From positions 92,318,001-92,382,000 of the forward strand of contig OX597816.1 in the NCBI GenBank assembly GCA_951406725.2: 64,000 nucleotides of DNA, in the 5' to 3' direction. Made by a program: the position numbers and the translations under genes. The stretch's first letter is position 1; the number at the start of each line of letters is the position of its first letter. A model generated the notes under the pieces. The model did not search any database. It was given only the letters and a program-made list of their open reading frames with translations, and was not told the origin of the DNA. The stretch comes from Octopus vulgaris (lineage: Eukaryota). Below, piece by piece: positions 12,986 to 26,662 of the stretch.

Positions 12986-14469
12986 ATATCAATCTTATAT
13001 ATAATTACCTTTAGGAAATTATATATATTGATTAATAAAAAGATGTAAAAAAATATAAATCTTAAAACATCTTCGCCTCTGCATGAAGATTTTCACTGTA
13101 TGATTTGCTGTATTTATTTTGAACTGGAAGGTTCTCGGTCCAATTTTTAGAAAACGTGATTTCTACATATAAATGTATTCTGCTGCTGGATTATTATTAT
13201 CCTCAAATAAATCTACTTGTAATGCCATCACAATTTCATTCTAAAACTCACTGATTCTACTAAAAAGAAACAAAAGAATATGATTTTTCATCTGTTACAA
13301 TCTGCTATAAGTGCCTTAACTGATCTTATGACTTAGACTATAAAACGTCTACGAATTTATTTGTTCTAGAATTTTAAATACTTTTGCAGCTATTTCAACA
13401 TAATTATCAGAAATCAATACTATTATTTTCACATAGTAGATACTATTACTTTCATCCTAACCAACCGGCTGATGATCAAACTCAATGAGATCTAGTTACA
13501 AAAAACACAATGTAACCGAGTGGAACGTCCAAAAACTAATCATATTTCTTGAGGAAAAGTACTTAACCTTTTGTGAAATTGTAAACAAACATCTTTCTTT
13601 AACATGTCTACTTAGACTAGTGATAGAAATTTTATTAATTTTCCTTTTGGTCCATATTGTATTTTGTATACTTTGATGCTTGTAAATTTAAAGTTTGGGA
13701 TTCGTCTTGCTCAGTTATTTCTTATTCATACTAGGCTTTCTTGATATATTTACATTTACAACTTATACAAATTATACTATGAGCTGTAATAAGTAAGAAT
13801 TATGTTTGACTACTTGCAGAATTTCTGTTATGAACAATCGGAAATATCACCACCACAGTATTTTCTACTAAAGGAAGAAGAGAAAATCTAAGAATTGGAT
13901 TCGATTAATTATTAAGAAATATGAAGAAAACATGACATGAAGATAAGTATTTTTGGTTCTATTACAGAAAAAAACTAAAGCATTCTGTACACAGAGAAGC
14001 TCTGTTAAAAGGAAAGTATAGTTACTTGATTGTGGTCAGGCTGCTGTTTACTTTCATTTAGGCTGTTTGTGTGAGTGAAAGGATATATGAGATATATTAT
14101 AGTGAACCAGAAAAAACTTGACGTGTGCAGTTTAATACAGTGGAATATTGGGAAATAGTTTTGTGAGATATTTGGAAGAGCGTTTTAAGGCCATTAATGT
14201 CGATAAAATTAGAATGTGCAAGAAATACGATGCATACTTCATGGCACATATTTAATACAGCGATAGATAAGAGCATGTATGATGGCAATCGATAGTATAT
14301 ATATATATCCATATGAACATATATACATATATATATTTATATATGTATATGTATATATATATATATAATATATATATATTATGTGTATACATACGCACAC
14401 ATATATGCATTTATACGTACATAAATTCATACATATGCACACACGTGCACGCATATGTATGAGATACTG

Positions 14470-15468
14470 AGAGTAAAGATAACTTAATGTTTGTCATAAA
14501 TATACTTTAAAAAGGAACTGTGTATAGGAAAAATATAACTTAAACAATGTCATATCGGGAATAATAAAGAGTTATATGCAAATGGATAGGGAATTTATCC
14601 GTTCCTATAATACCATGAGGTTCATTAATACCGACAAAAAAGGCAGATTATTTATTAAAAATGAAGAGGATATTGAGCAACCCGTTGGCAACATTTTCAA
14701 ATTATATCATCTTAAAAGTTTATGGCAACCTAAATTAAATTTTATAGAGATTTCAAACCTGATTAAAAATCAGTTTGCTGCACGATGATGGGGCAGTACA
14801 AAACTTGTGATTTCATCAGCATTGATATTACATTTATAATTTGGTAGAATGTGGTAATAATCGATGAGAGTCACGTACATTATTGGAAGAATATAATTTG
14901 GTATCAGTTAATTAATCAATGTGCATCCAGCCTTTCTAACCTCTTGGTTGCCTGCAGTAATTATAGAAGTACTTGTAATAATTTGTGTGGCTATTGATTT
15001 TATGGAAGGAAAAGTTGAAGGAAAATGCCTGAATAAATCTGTTTGGAGAATAGTGAACAAGGAAGAAATAAGGTGGAATGAAAGTACATAGATAAATTGT
15101 TCTATTGTCTAACGTTATAAGGCTGCTAGAATACCAAATATATGCAGAAGTTTGTTTCAATGAATTTCAAAAGAAATTAGTATAATATTTTTCAGAAGTT
15201 CATATAACTTGAAAGTATGATAAGCAGTGCGAATATCGAATCTTACTTCAGAGGAGCGGTTCGAACTACGTCACTTAAATGATGAAATGTCATAGTTTTA
15301 ACCTTTTCAGTTCTATGTTCAGGTTCTTCAGGAGGGTAGTTTGCTTTTTTTTTTGTTCTGGGTTGAATGAAATAATCCCCAGTCATATAATAATTACAAG
15401 AGAATCGTGTATTTTCTTCCTCGAGTAATTCTTGTTTATAAGGTTTCAATGATATCAAACCCACCACC

Positions 15469-15531
<63 letters not shown>

Positions 15532-16230
15532 GTGGAATATTTTGCTTCAAATGATGATGATGATGATGATGATGGTGATAACGACCATTATGATGATGGT
15601 AATGTGGTCGATTAATATTATTGTCAGGATGTTGCAGGTATTCTTAAATATACAGTCCAACGTTGAATAGAAGTAGCACAAGGATCCGGTAACAAATGTT
15701 TAAAACATTTCCGTAATTTTTTGAAATACTAACTGGAAGACTGGAAGTCAATTGATAATACACAGAGGTAGATTATTTACAATGGTAAGAAAATGTACTG
15801 ACAAATTTAGTTGATACAAATTAATATCAATGATTAACTTATATTCTATTATACATTCTTAGAGCAAAGCAATAGATGCTGTTACAAAATACCCAAATGT
15901 CTGAATATATTGCAGAATTTATAGAACAGAATGAACCAAATGTCACCAAATATAGTGACTGGATTAGCTGACTTCAAATATAACAGAGGAAATATAACAT
16001 AGACAATGTTATATCGGGAATAATAAAGAGTTATATCAAATGAATTGGGATCTCCCTCAGAAGCCTGTCGGTTACTTAGTGACATATGAAGTAACTGTAT
16101 GAAGGCAGAGAATTGTTTTACAGCGAAACGTAGGAGAATGTATAAATATAAAGTAATACCAAATGTAATAATAAACCATACTGGAACTGGACATTCTAGT
16201 TCATCACACATTTTTAATACCTGCCGTCAT
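14470..16230 (+). pseudogene. Possible heavily decayed DNA-transposon remnants with an internal ~50-bp duplicated segment
   Basis: ACAATGTYATATCGGGAATAATAAAGAGTTATAT occurs at about 14544 and about 16003. The surrounding purine-rich, coding-like sequence has no open frame. The family (perhaps hAT) is a guess. Confidence 0.3.
15459..15575. repeat. Compound (CCA)n(CTA)n and (ATG)n microsatellites
   Basis: Direct reading. Confidence 0.9.
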
Positions 16231-18954
16231 CGAATTTACTGAGATGGCATGAGATACCTCAAATGTACGATGAAACTATGGTGTCTATTGATATTCAATA
16301 TATTTACTGTAGTGAAATTACCTCATATTCAACTTTTACCACTTACCTTAAAATATCTGCCTTTTATTGTCGTTCAAATATATAAACTGTGACAAAGTGT
16401 TAAATAAATCTGATATTGGAATTTTAGATAAAGTTTTTACTTAAGTCAATATATGGTGTCATAATAGAATTCGCGAAGATCGTTTTAGCATAACATCTCC
16501 AAAGAAATCATTTCGTGCTTAGAATGCTTCTACTCCCTCACCGTATATGCACGTACACACACACACACACACAGACACGCACACACACACACACACACTC
16601 ACTAGTATAGACACACACACACGTACACGCAAACACATGCACAAACATGCACACACATGCGCACGCACTAGGTACTTCGCCTGGTACTTCATAGTTTCCG
16701 CTATGCTTTTGCTTTGCTTCTACCACGTTTTTACTATGGAAATTGCATCAGGTAATCCATTAAGTGTAATATCAAGGTGGTTTCATTGAAGGCAAACCGA
16801 AACTTATTCAGCAGCATTAATTAATACAGCAGGAAATGTTTATAAAAAAAAAACATTCATTTTGTGAAGAATAAGCTTTTAGGTCTTATACTATACTTAA
16901 TTGTCCAGTTATCGCATCATTCTTACTTACTTGTACTCGTATTTAACGGTATTCTAGATGGCTAAGTATAAACTTATACAATGGAAAGAATAACATTTAT
17001 TATGTTCATATTCTTTAACTCAACCAATAAACATTATAAAAAGTGTAACAAGTAATAAATCAATGCAGCAAGTCTTAGATTTGTCTCATTTGTTTGCTAA
17101 GCGAAACATCTCAGATGTAAAGGCTGATTATCAGTGCTGAAAATATGCCCCTTCCAGAATATTAGAAGTATAACTGAAACCATTAGGGCTACATTCTCAT
17201 TCGCTACGAAGTTTTAATTAGCGGTAGCAAGCTCGTATATAGTAAACGTTTTTGTCTCCGACTTTCACAAAGAAGCAATTTAACATTAAATGAATAATTT
17301 GTTTTCTTTTGAGTAATCACAAAGCTTGCATCTCAAGTGGGTTTAAATTTGATGTCATTCCCCCAGAGTAAGAGAAATGAAATGACTACAATGAATTATG
17401 ATTGAGATTGAAGTTTCGGTCAGCGGCAAGTTAATTTCTTGCTGAAAGGCTTTCGACTTTAAAAGAATATATGAATATATGTTGATGTGGGTTGTGTACA
17501 GGTGTTTACGCTTCACTGTATGCATCATTTTGTTGAAATATATTCCTATCGATAGTCTTTGTCCTTAGAATTCATTGTATATTTCTTATTTTGACGGAAT
17601 AATTTGATTTCTATAAATACAGCCAGAAACGTTTTAATATGTTAATGCAGCCATTATATTACATCTTTATTTTTAGGGGAAGAGTTTCAATCATCAACTA
17701 TACCTTTCATTTGATATATCTTGACTTGACTACCATCGATATCCATTCTCTTAGCTGGATTGACTTCTAAAGCTGTATTCCTATGTGGCGATGTATGGTC
17801 GACAGCTGTGCAGATAAGCTGGCAGTATGATGGATCCTGTGTCAAAGAATATTGCAGTAACCACGGTGAAACGCATGACGATAATAATTAAATTTTTAAG
17901 CCAATAGGAATAAATCATGAAATAGCACTTTGCCCACTGAAGAGACGGTATTTAATAACAGAACACTTCGTAGTTTTGGCTTTTTTCCTATTAGAAAAAA
18001 ATCTATTCTAGCAATCATCATCTATTTTCATTTATATCAATGTCATAATACAATAAATATGTAAGGAAGTCAACCTTTTTTCGGGAATACTTATATATAT
18101 GGATACATAAATACACACACATATATACACGCACATAAATTCTTAGATGCATAGATACATTTATACATACGCATATCAAATACATACACAAGTGCGCGCA
18201 CACAAACACACATTTGAAGGGGAGGACAAAACAGAGAAAGCAGACAGAAATAGAAACAAATATATCATATTCACAAGTATAAATAATATAATAGACAGCA
18301 AATACATTTGCATATAAACAGATGTATAGATAATACGCAGATAATAGTTTTTATTACTTGTGATAATATTTTCATGGATCGAATCAGTTTAAGATGGTTA
18401 TTTTCTATTTTGAGTATTGTTTTTATCATTCGTATACTTGGGGTTTACTGATAAGATTTGTGGCAATCTGATGTTCAAACTGTTGATTTTATTAGACTTC
18501 TATGCTATTCACATTTCAGCATACGCTTTTTCTTCCTCTCCCTATTTCTGTGCTGTGTATTTGCTGTGTTCCCATATTATCGGTTGCATTGTTAGAACAG
18601 ATTTTCTGAGAGTTCGTTAAAACCGAAGCCTATCATTTCATAGCAATATGAACTAATGTAAAAATAAAATACTTGCCTGAACATATTTTGCTTCATATAG
18701 AGTTACCTCACAAAGCATATGACTGTTCTGAAATTAATTTCAGAATTCCTCAATAAATTTTTCTGTTTAGTATTTTTAATTTTATTGAATTACTGTAAAA
18801 GTCGTTGGTGTATTATCTAAAACAAACATCAGTAAGATGCCACATTGTTACATCTTTTGCAGAAGACATTAAGTAAAAGCAATATATTAACAAAACTTAA
18901 GTTAACACAGTAAACATCAAATGGTTACGAAGTTTGCTTCTTAACATCATTATA

Positions 18955-19235
18955 TAAAATTCGATCTTACAGCATGGTGTCTTGGGAAAGTGTCTATTAC
19001 CACAATCTCGAGTTGACCTAAGGCATGTATGGAAAAATTACAGAAGTTCATAGAATTCCTTGCATCTGTAATCCACAGGTGCAGCTTTGTCACACTGTTT
19101 CTGCTTGTGAGTTATGTCAAAGGAAACACGTATCTGTAGAATACTCAGTCACTTATACACTAATGCAACGAATAGGTAATAGTGTTTCTCGAATAGTTTG
19201 GACTCATCGTCGAAACCGACGAAAATTCTTTATTA
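18955..19235 (+). mobile_element. Degenerate CORE-type SINE
   Basis: GCATGGTGTCTTGGGAAAGTGTCTATTACCACAATCTCGAGTTGACC matches the CORE segment of the 9356-9780 family. Confidence 0.5.
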
Positions 19236-21639
19236 CTATATTATCTTTACTTTACGTAAATTACAAATTCGTTTTTTCATCATATATTGTCTGATATAAA
19301 CTGAATAATTCACCTCTTTAATTCTCTATTTTGAATTGTAAAAAACCTGTGAAAATATTTTTAGTTAAAACCGTCTGACTGATTCTATTTTATTTTTGCT
19401 TATTCCATTCTCATCGTCTGAGAATATCAATATATCTCAATATATTTTAAAAAATTATATGCAAACTTGTACATAAATCTACAGTTTTGAATGTAAATGT
19501 GTATATTTAGGAAACCTTTCTAGCACAAGTTTCAATATTTTTTCGTTAGAACAGACTTTGCGCAGTCACTTGAACTTAATTAAGTTGAAAGTAGAATACG
19601 TAAAATTATACAATAGCTATTTTAATTTTTGCATTGTACATGATACATATAGTCATCTTCTGAATACGAAATGTTGGTTATTCAAAGAATAGTCATCATA
19701 GTGAATGCATATAACTAATGGAAGTTAAGAAATATCAAATATCAATCAGGGGCGCATATAAACGTAAATTATGGCTTAAACAAGGCCTAACTCTGAACCA
19801 TTAATGCCAGAAAATACGAAATCTTACAGTTTCTGAATCTTTTGATAATTCTTCCAATGATACCCATCGTAGGCAATATAAACGAAGATAAAGGACGAAT
19901 TTATTAAAGTTGAAACATCTGTGAGCATCATTAATATCATATCCCCTGACTTTCAAATGTTTATCTTTAACATGACACGTGTAACAATCAGAGATACGCA
20001 TGCTTAATGGTCTTTGACAATAAAAGTGGCTTGAAATTGATGTGCTACAACAAATACTGTATTTGATGTTCTTCGAATTAAATATGTAAACTAATGTCAA
20101 TTACAAACTACTACATGTTCAAGGAAACTCAGCTATACATGCAAGCATAATTTATATGCAGCAGAAATTGTGACAGTTGCAACAGTCTATATGCATAATA
20201 CATTTATTCCAAATATATGCGCAGATTTTGTTTTAGAATTGCCTACTTATGTTCAGAATAGCTTCACTTATCTTCTGTTTGAAGATATTCAGTTTTATGT
20301 AGCAATACATTGCGCAATAATTTTGCTTCTCTCAATAAGTTGAGTGGGGTGCAAGTATTTATTATATCAATGGATTTAATCCTATTTGTTAAAGTAAATC
20401 CGTATTATTTCGGATTAAATCTATAAAATGGGAACTATATGATATGCATGGGAAGAAATCCACGCAATATATTCTTTGGTTGGATTGCAATGTTATTCTT
20501 TAGTTATAAATACTTACGAAAATACATTAGAGACGAACTGATACTTAACATAGAAATCTTAATAACTAAAGCTAATTCATGTTTGAAAGCGATACTATTA
20601 ATACAAAATGTTGTTTCTTCGAACAAATGCTTGCAAGAATTTATTCTATTCTTCTCTTTTGTAATCCTAGATCCGTCATAAATCTCTATGAACTTATACA
20701 GTTGTATATTATTAATTAGGTGTTCTCCTGGGTTCAGTTATCTCTCCCATTTCTACAGTAATCCTCTCTACACGATCTCTTCGCTACACTTCTCCATCAC
20801 CTCATCCACGTAATCTCAAATATTGGACTGTTTCTTATTTACTGCTTAATATTTATATAACTAAAACAATTTCTGTTGATATTGTCGTTTACATTTTTGT
20901 TGTTGTTTAACCCTGGTTGATTATACCTGTGACAAAAAGCATTCTAACCATGATCATTCAGTCCTCTTTGATAGTCCTCTCCATTACAGGACTACATTAA
21001 CTAATGTGTCCCTTGACTTTGAAAGAGACAGCTGGTAATTAGAAAGAAACTGGACTGCTATTTCTTTCAGGTCACACGGCATGCAAGGTGAATACTCTTT
21101 GTCGTCATATACCTGATATTGCTACTGGAGTTGTCACTATCTTATAGTTTTTGTTGTTATTGTCATAGTTTTTAGAAAGTCTTGTGATATGTTTATGCAT
21201 ATCCTTTCTGCTTATGCTGGCATTGCTATTGGGTTTCTTGCTGCTAGGCCTACTAGCATCGTCCTTGTTACTATAAGTACACTGATCTAATTGTTATTAT
21301 TGACACTAGTGTCAGTGCTACTGATTACAACAATTACTATTGCTGCTACTTCTGTGTTGTATTATTGATTTTACACTTATAATTGAAGGTAATATACATT
21401 TTCATAAATTTTGATAACACTTTTGTATAAAAGACATTCAGCATATTTGATACATCAAAACGTATTGCTGACATTTATAGTATTAAACCCTTTGAAAGAG
21501 AAAATGAAGATTAACCGTGATAGAATCTGGACAAGGAACCGTATATTGAAGCTAATTATTATAATGATGCTAGTTTATACAATTCAGACACAATTACGTT
21601 ACTCCAAGATTTAGAAGAAAGTATAATGTGCTGAAACCC

Positions 21640-22768
21640 ACTAAAAATGTACGAATGCCAAAACGGAGGGCAAAAGAAGTAATTGAAGGCAATTTAACAT
21701 TATTACAATACAAGGATGTAGTTGGAGCAGTACAGTCAGCCACAAAAGACTTAGAGCATCGCTCTTTTATGCCTTCATTGCTAATGATGCCGAAGTAGAG
21801 AAAAGTGATAATTCAAATTATAATAAGACATGAACACAATTAATGTAGTGGTCATGTAGAGGCCATAACACGGTCAAAACGTCAGTTGGACAAATAAGGC
21901 AATTGAAAAAATTATTTCTTTGATTGAAATAGGTAAATTCGTAAAATTCTCTTGATTCACGCTTTCTGCAATATGATTTTAATCCTACTCAGCTTAGGGT
22001 GATAGAATTTCCAGCAGGAACAATTGTAGCTGTGAAAAGTTAGGAACAATGAAGCATATCTTCAGTACATTTCAAATAGGACTAAAAAAACAAAACGGTA
22101 TTTATGGGGACACAGTAGATTTCTCGCTATCATTAGTGCTGCATGGAGAGGAAGATCACTAATATCATCAGTAGTTTGTTACCTCTAATCAGGGAAATAG
22201 GACGAAGGATGACATTTCGGTAAAGCAGGCTCTGTGCTAAAATACAAGCCAGCACCAAAGCAAAGTGATAACAGATGGAGTGAGAAATAACGACTAGAGC
22301 TTGAGTTAAAAAAGATATTAGCATTTTCAGCAGTAATTATATGTCTATGGTTCAACCTGATTGTTTGGATCCCGAATAGGAAAGTCATCAAGAAGGCGGA
22401 ACTCACGATTAGCTTTGAGCCGAGCATGGACAAAGCGTACTATGGGAACTGGGATCGCTGTGAAGCACTAATCGACAACACCGTGAGAGTGAGATATATA
22501 TGGAAAAAGTATATGTATTTGTGAAGGGAGCTGACTTCTCGTCGACAACTATGATTGTCACACGCTGATGATAGGTAAACACCTTGAAACTCGAGTCCGT
22601 GTGTATCATAAGTTGAAGACGGGAAGGATGACTTCCCTTCACAAATACTGATAGGGCACAGATAGTGTGTCTATAGCCAGCTGGAGGAGATATCTTCCTG
22701 GGGCTACAAACTACAGTAGCATCCACCCTTAGGGGTTAGCCATATTCAAATGGCAAATATCCGTCACG
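21640..22768 (+). pseudogene. Decayed RLE-type non-LTR retrotransposon C-terminus (HERO/NeSL-like)
   Basis: Broken frames give L.LLQYKDVVGAVQS, a zinc-knuckle-like C..C..LGTMKHIFS segment, and LIVWIPNRKVIKKAELTISFEPSMDKAY, which resembles the PD..WS...K.V...ELT..E restriction-like endonuclease region. It ends at (TA)n(GA)n. Confidence 0.5.
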
Positions 22769-22802
<34 letters not shown>

Positions 22803-25118
22803 GGAGAGAGATAGAGAGATAGATAGATAGAGAGAGAGTGAGAGAGATGGGAAACAGTAAGAGAGTACCGCGGATGCATTGGGGGTACTACCTACTCACG
22901 AAGTTGAGCTTTAAAAGTGAAAACAATAAAAAATCATGCAAAAAGCAGTAGTGTTTGGATTTGGTTTTAACCCTTATAATAATGGATGAAGAAAAATGAA
23001 AAAGCAAAACAACACCCCCTCCCAGCTAGATTGTATAATATGAAAAGTCAGTTCGCATTGGTTGAACATAATTCCACCTGTGATGACGTGTTCTGTCACA
23101 AGTATGTTTGGTCGAGGAATATGCAGTAACATCAGAATAAGATGCTCTTGTGTTACCTTCTGATAATCATCACCATCATTAATCCTAAAATAGAGCAGAA
23201 ACCTGGCTACAGCACTAAAGAGTTATGCGTTTTGTTTACATAATTTTTGAATAAGATGTGTAGAACTAGTTTGAGTCAGTTGGCGATTTTTTAAACTTCT
23301 GGCAAATTTTAGAGTACAAATCTCTAGAGCGGATTATATAAATATATGTATTGTACAAGAGTCTATTCAATAGAACACAACTCTCAAAATGGATCAATAT
23401 TAAAATAAAGTTTACACTAAATCAAGAGATAAGCTTCCGGCGAATTTCGATTAACTACTGAATTTCATTTATGTTAATTACAAAAACCATGAAGCGAAAT
23501 CTTTCTACCCTTGTCCTAAAATATCTACACACAACTTTATAGGCAATCCGTGAGTCCTCTCCCCAGTTTGTATTTCTGGGTGTAGCACTTCATTTACTTG
23601 TAAGTTTTAATGAAAAGGAATGAATGCCGTCTTAACATGTACCTCTCTACTATACAACTGAAATTTTGTTCCAATTTAATAAATCAATATTCTCTTTAAG
23701 AACAACCTTTGAAACTGTAATTTCATTCATTTATTACAATCTCACTAAATTAAATTCTGTTAAATTGAATTTTAGATTGGATGCAATCTTTAATGTTGAC
23801 ATGTAAAGGGTCATTGAAAGTGAAATTAGCTGTGCTTAATAATACAAATTGATCAAAGTCTGACACTAACAGACAAAAATGCCGAATTTCATGTTTTCTC
23901 AGAAAGGCCTGGATGAAATGAATTTGAATCACACACACAAATAGGGGCGGGGGGGAGGGGCGATTTGGCAGAAGGAGCAGAGATGCATTTTAAATGCTTT
24001 GCGACGTTCATATTGAGCATTATAGATGGAGAATATGAGATGTTGACATTATCTACTCATTATTTCAACTTTAATAAAATGAGTATCACTGATATACTGT
24101 GTTCAGTGTATTGCACTTAATCGTAGTAAAACTGAAGTCTATGCTAGTAAGAACTCAGTATTTTCTGGGAATGGGGTTATTAAGTACAAATCATTGATGT
24201 TCTCAAAAGAAATCCCACCTTAAACGAAGTGAACGTCACTTCAAGTGGAAATGGGAACTAAATGGCCGATTGGGACTATGATCGTCTACTCTATATTTTA
24301 TGTGAAAATGTCATGTCCCAGCTTGGCTACAGCTCTTGAGCTGAATCTTTTGAAAGAGGAAGGTGTCATAATAATGAATAAGTATTAAAAGTGACATTTT
24401 TGTGTGCGAAATGTTCAGATGGTACAGTATCATTGCATGTTTGTTTGCAATTTGGATAACTGAGGGTTATGGAAATATAGAAACCAAGATCTTGTATGAA
24501 ACTGTAATATCGCACGTTCGGATGACCTCTACTTAACTGTTCTCTACTACTCTACTCTCACCGCTACTCTACTCTAGTCTGAACTCCTCCCTCTATATCT
24601 ACGTTTTGGGCTAGTCTACTTCATCGTCTGAGGCGTCCACACAACAGAAACGAAAGAAGCCTTCTCGCTATCGAATGACTTACTAAAGCAGAACATGTCC
24701 ATCAAATTACAACTTAATACATTAAAAGAAAATGAACACCGTGGGTAATGTAGTCCCCGAAATACACGATGTTCACGGTCAAGGTTACTAATTTTCGAGT
24801 AACTGGGTACTAAGCAACCACAACGGCAACAACAAATCTCATAAGAACAGATATAATTCACCTGACATCGTTAACAGAATCCTTATTTTAAATGACATAT
24901 TTCATAAGATGTGTCAACGATGATATTTCAATTAATAAGTATTCTCAGCAAAATTTCTAATTAATTATAATTATTCTGAGAATTACTAATTTCCCGACCA
25001 CTGAAATATATAGCATCCAAACTTAAACGTAAATGTGTAAGTGGTGACGACTTAAGAACCACGAAATGATAGATTTTCTGATATTGGAATTATGTTCGAG
25101 TTATATATGGACTGGGAA

Positions 25119-25449
<331 letters not shown>

Positions 25450-25646
25450 TCTTATATAGGTAAAGACCACAAATTTCAATCGAATCCAGTAAATGAATGG
25501 TATTCAATTTATCGACTAGAGAATCATGAGTAATAAACGTGACACCAAAACTATCTCCATGTTGTATTAATATATCTATATACATGCATATACGTATACA
25601 TGTATATAACTCTATATGTCCCTCTAATTTTCTCTGTATATTTATA

Positions 25647-25680
<34 letters not shown>

Positions 25681-25837
25681 CAAAAACACATATTTTATAT
25701 AAGTCTTTTCGGTAAAGCGAATAAATCTATTTAAATATAATTGATTACACTTATCTCTAAAACTATATTGAGTCATGAATAAAGTGTATTCCTATATGAA
25801 TAAGTAAATGTATACACACACACACACACACACACAT

Positions 25838-25877
<40 letters not shown>

Positions 25878-25921
25878 CTGTCCAAATGTTTTAAGGTCCT
25901 CTATTGCGTTTTTGTTCTATT

Positions 25922-25994
<73 letters not shown>

Positions 25995-25995
<1 letters not shown>

Positions 25996-26177
25996 GGGAA
26001 AGTTTACGAAAACAACAAAAGACGAAGACTGGTGGTGTACAAAACAAACAGATGTATTAGTATAACGCTCAGGAATAGAAAAAGTCTTTTACGTTTCGAA
26101 CCTACGCTCTTCTACAGAAAGGGACACAAAAAAATCAAGGAGAGAAACAAGGAGAGACAAAAATGTGTGTAGTGGCT
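25995..26177 (-). mobile_element. PLE-type tail unit with minimal hammerhead-like motif
   Basis: Minus strand: CCTTT-CTGTAGA-A-GAGC-GTAG-GTTC-GAAAC-GTA-AAAGA. Same family as 35460-35646. It ends at (TA)n. Confidence 0.65.
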
Positions 26178-26662
26178 GGAGGCGCAATGGCCCAGTGGTT
26201 AGGGCAGCGGACTCGTGGTCGTATGATCACGGTTTCGATTCCCAGACCGGGCGTTGTGAGTGTTTATTGAGCGAAAACACCTAAAGCGATCACTGCTGTA
26301 CTCTCTCACTCTTTCTTCTGTTCGCCTGCTCGCTTAGCTAGCGGGGTGGCGTCACTTGAAGGCTAAAAAACAATGTGGTAGACGGTAGATTTGGTAGACG
26401 GAAACTTAAAGAAACCGGTCGTATATATATCTATATCTATATATATATAAATATGTGTGTGTGCTTGTCTGTCTGTTTGTTCCCCCACCATCGCTTGACG
26501 ACCGATGTTGGTGTGTTTACGTCCATGTAACATAGCATTCGGCAAAAGAGACCGATAGAATAAGTACTAGGCTTACAAAGTATAAGTCCTCGGGTCGATT
26601 TGTTCGATTGAGAGGTGGTACTCCAGCATGGCCGCAGTCAAATGACTGAAAAAATAAAAGAA
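26178..26662 (+). mobile_element. tRNA-derived SINE with a different head but the OR-like body and tail
   Basis: Head GGAGGCGCAATGGCCCAGTGGTTAGGGCAGCGGACTCG..GGTTTCGATTCCC carries A and B boxes. From about 26385 it matches the 3' half of the 9356-9780 family. Confidence 0.8.
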
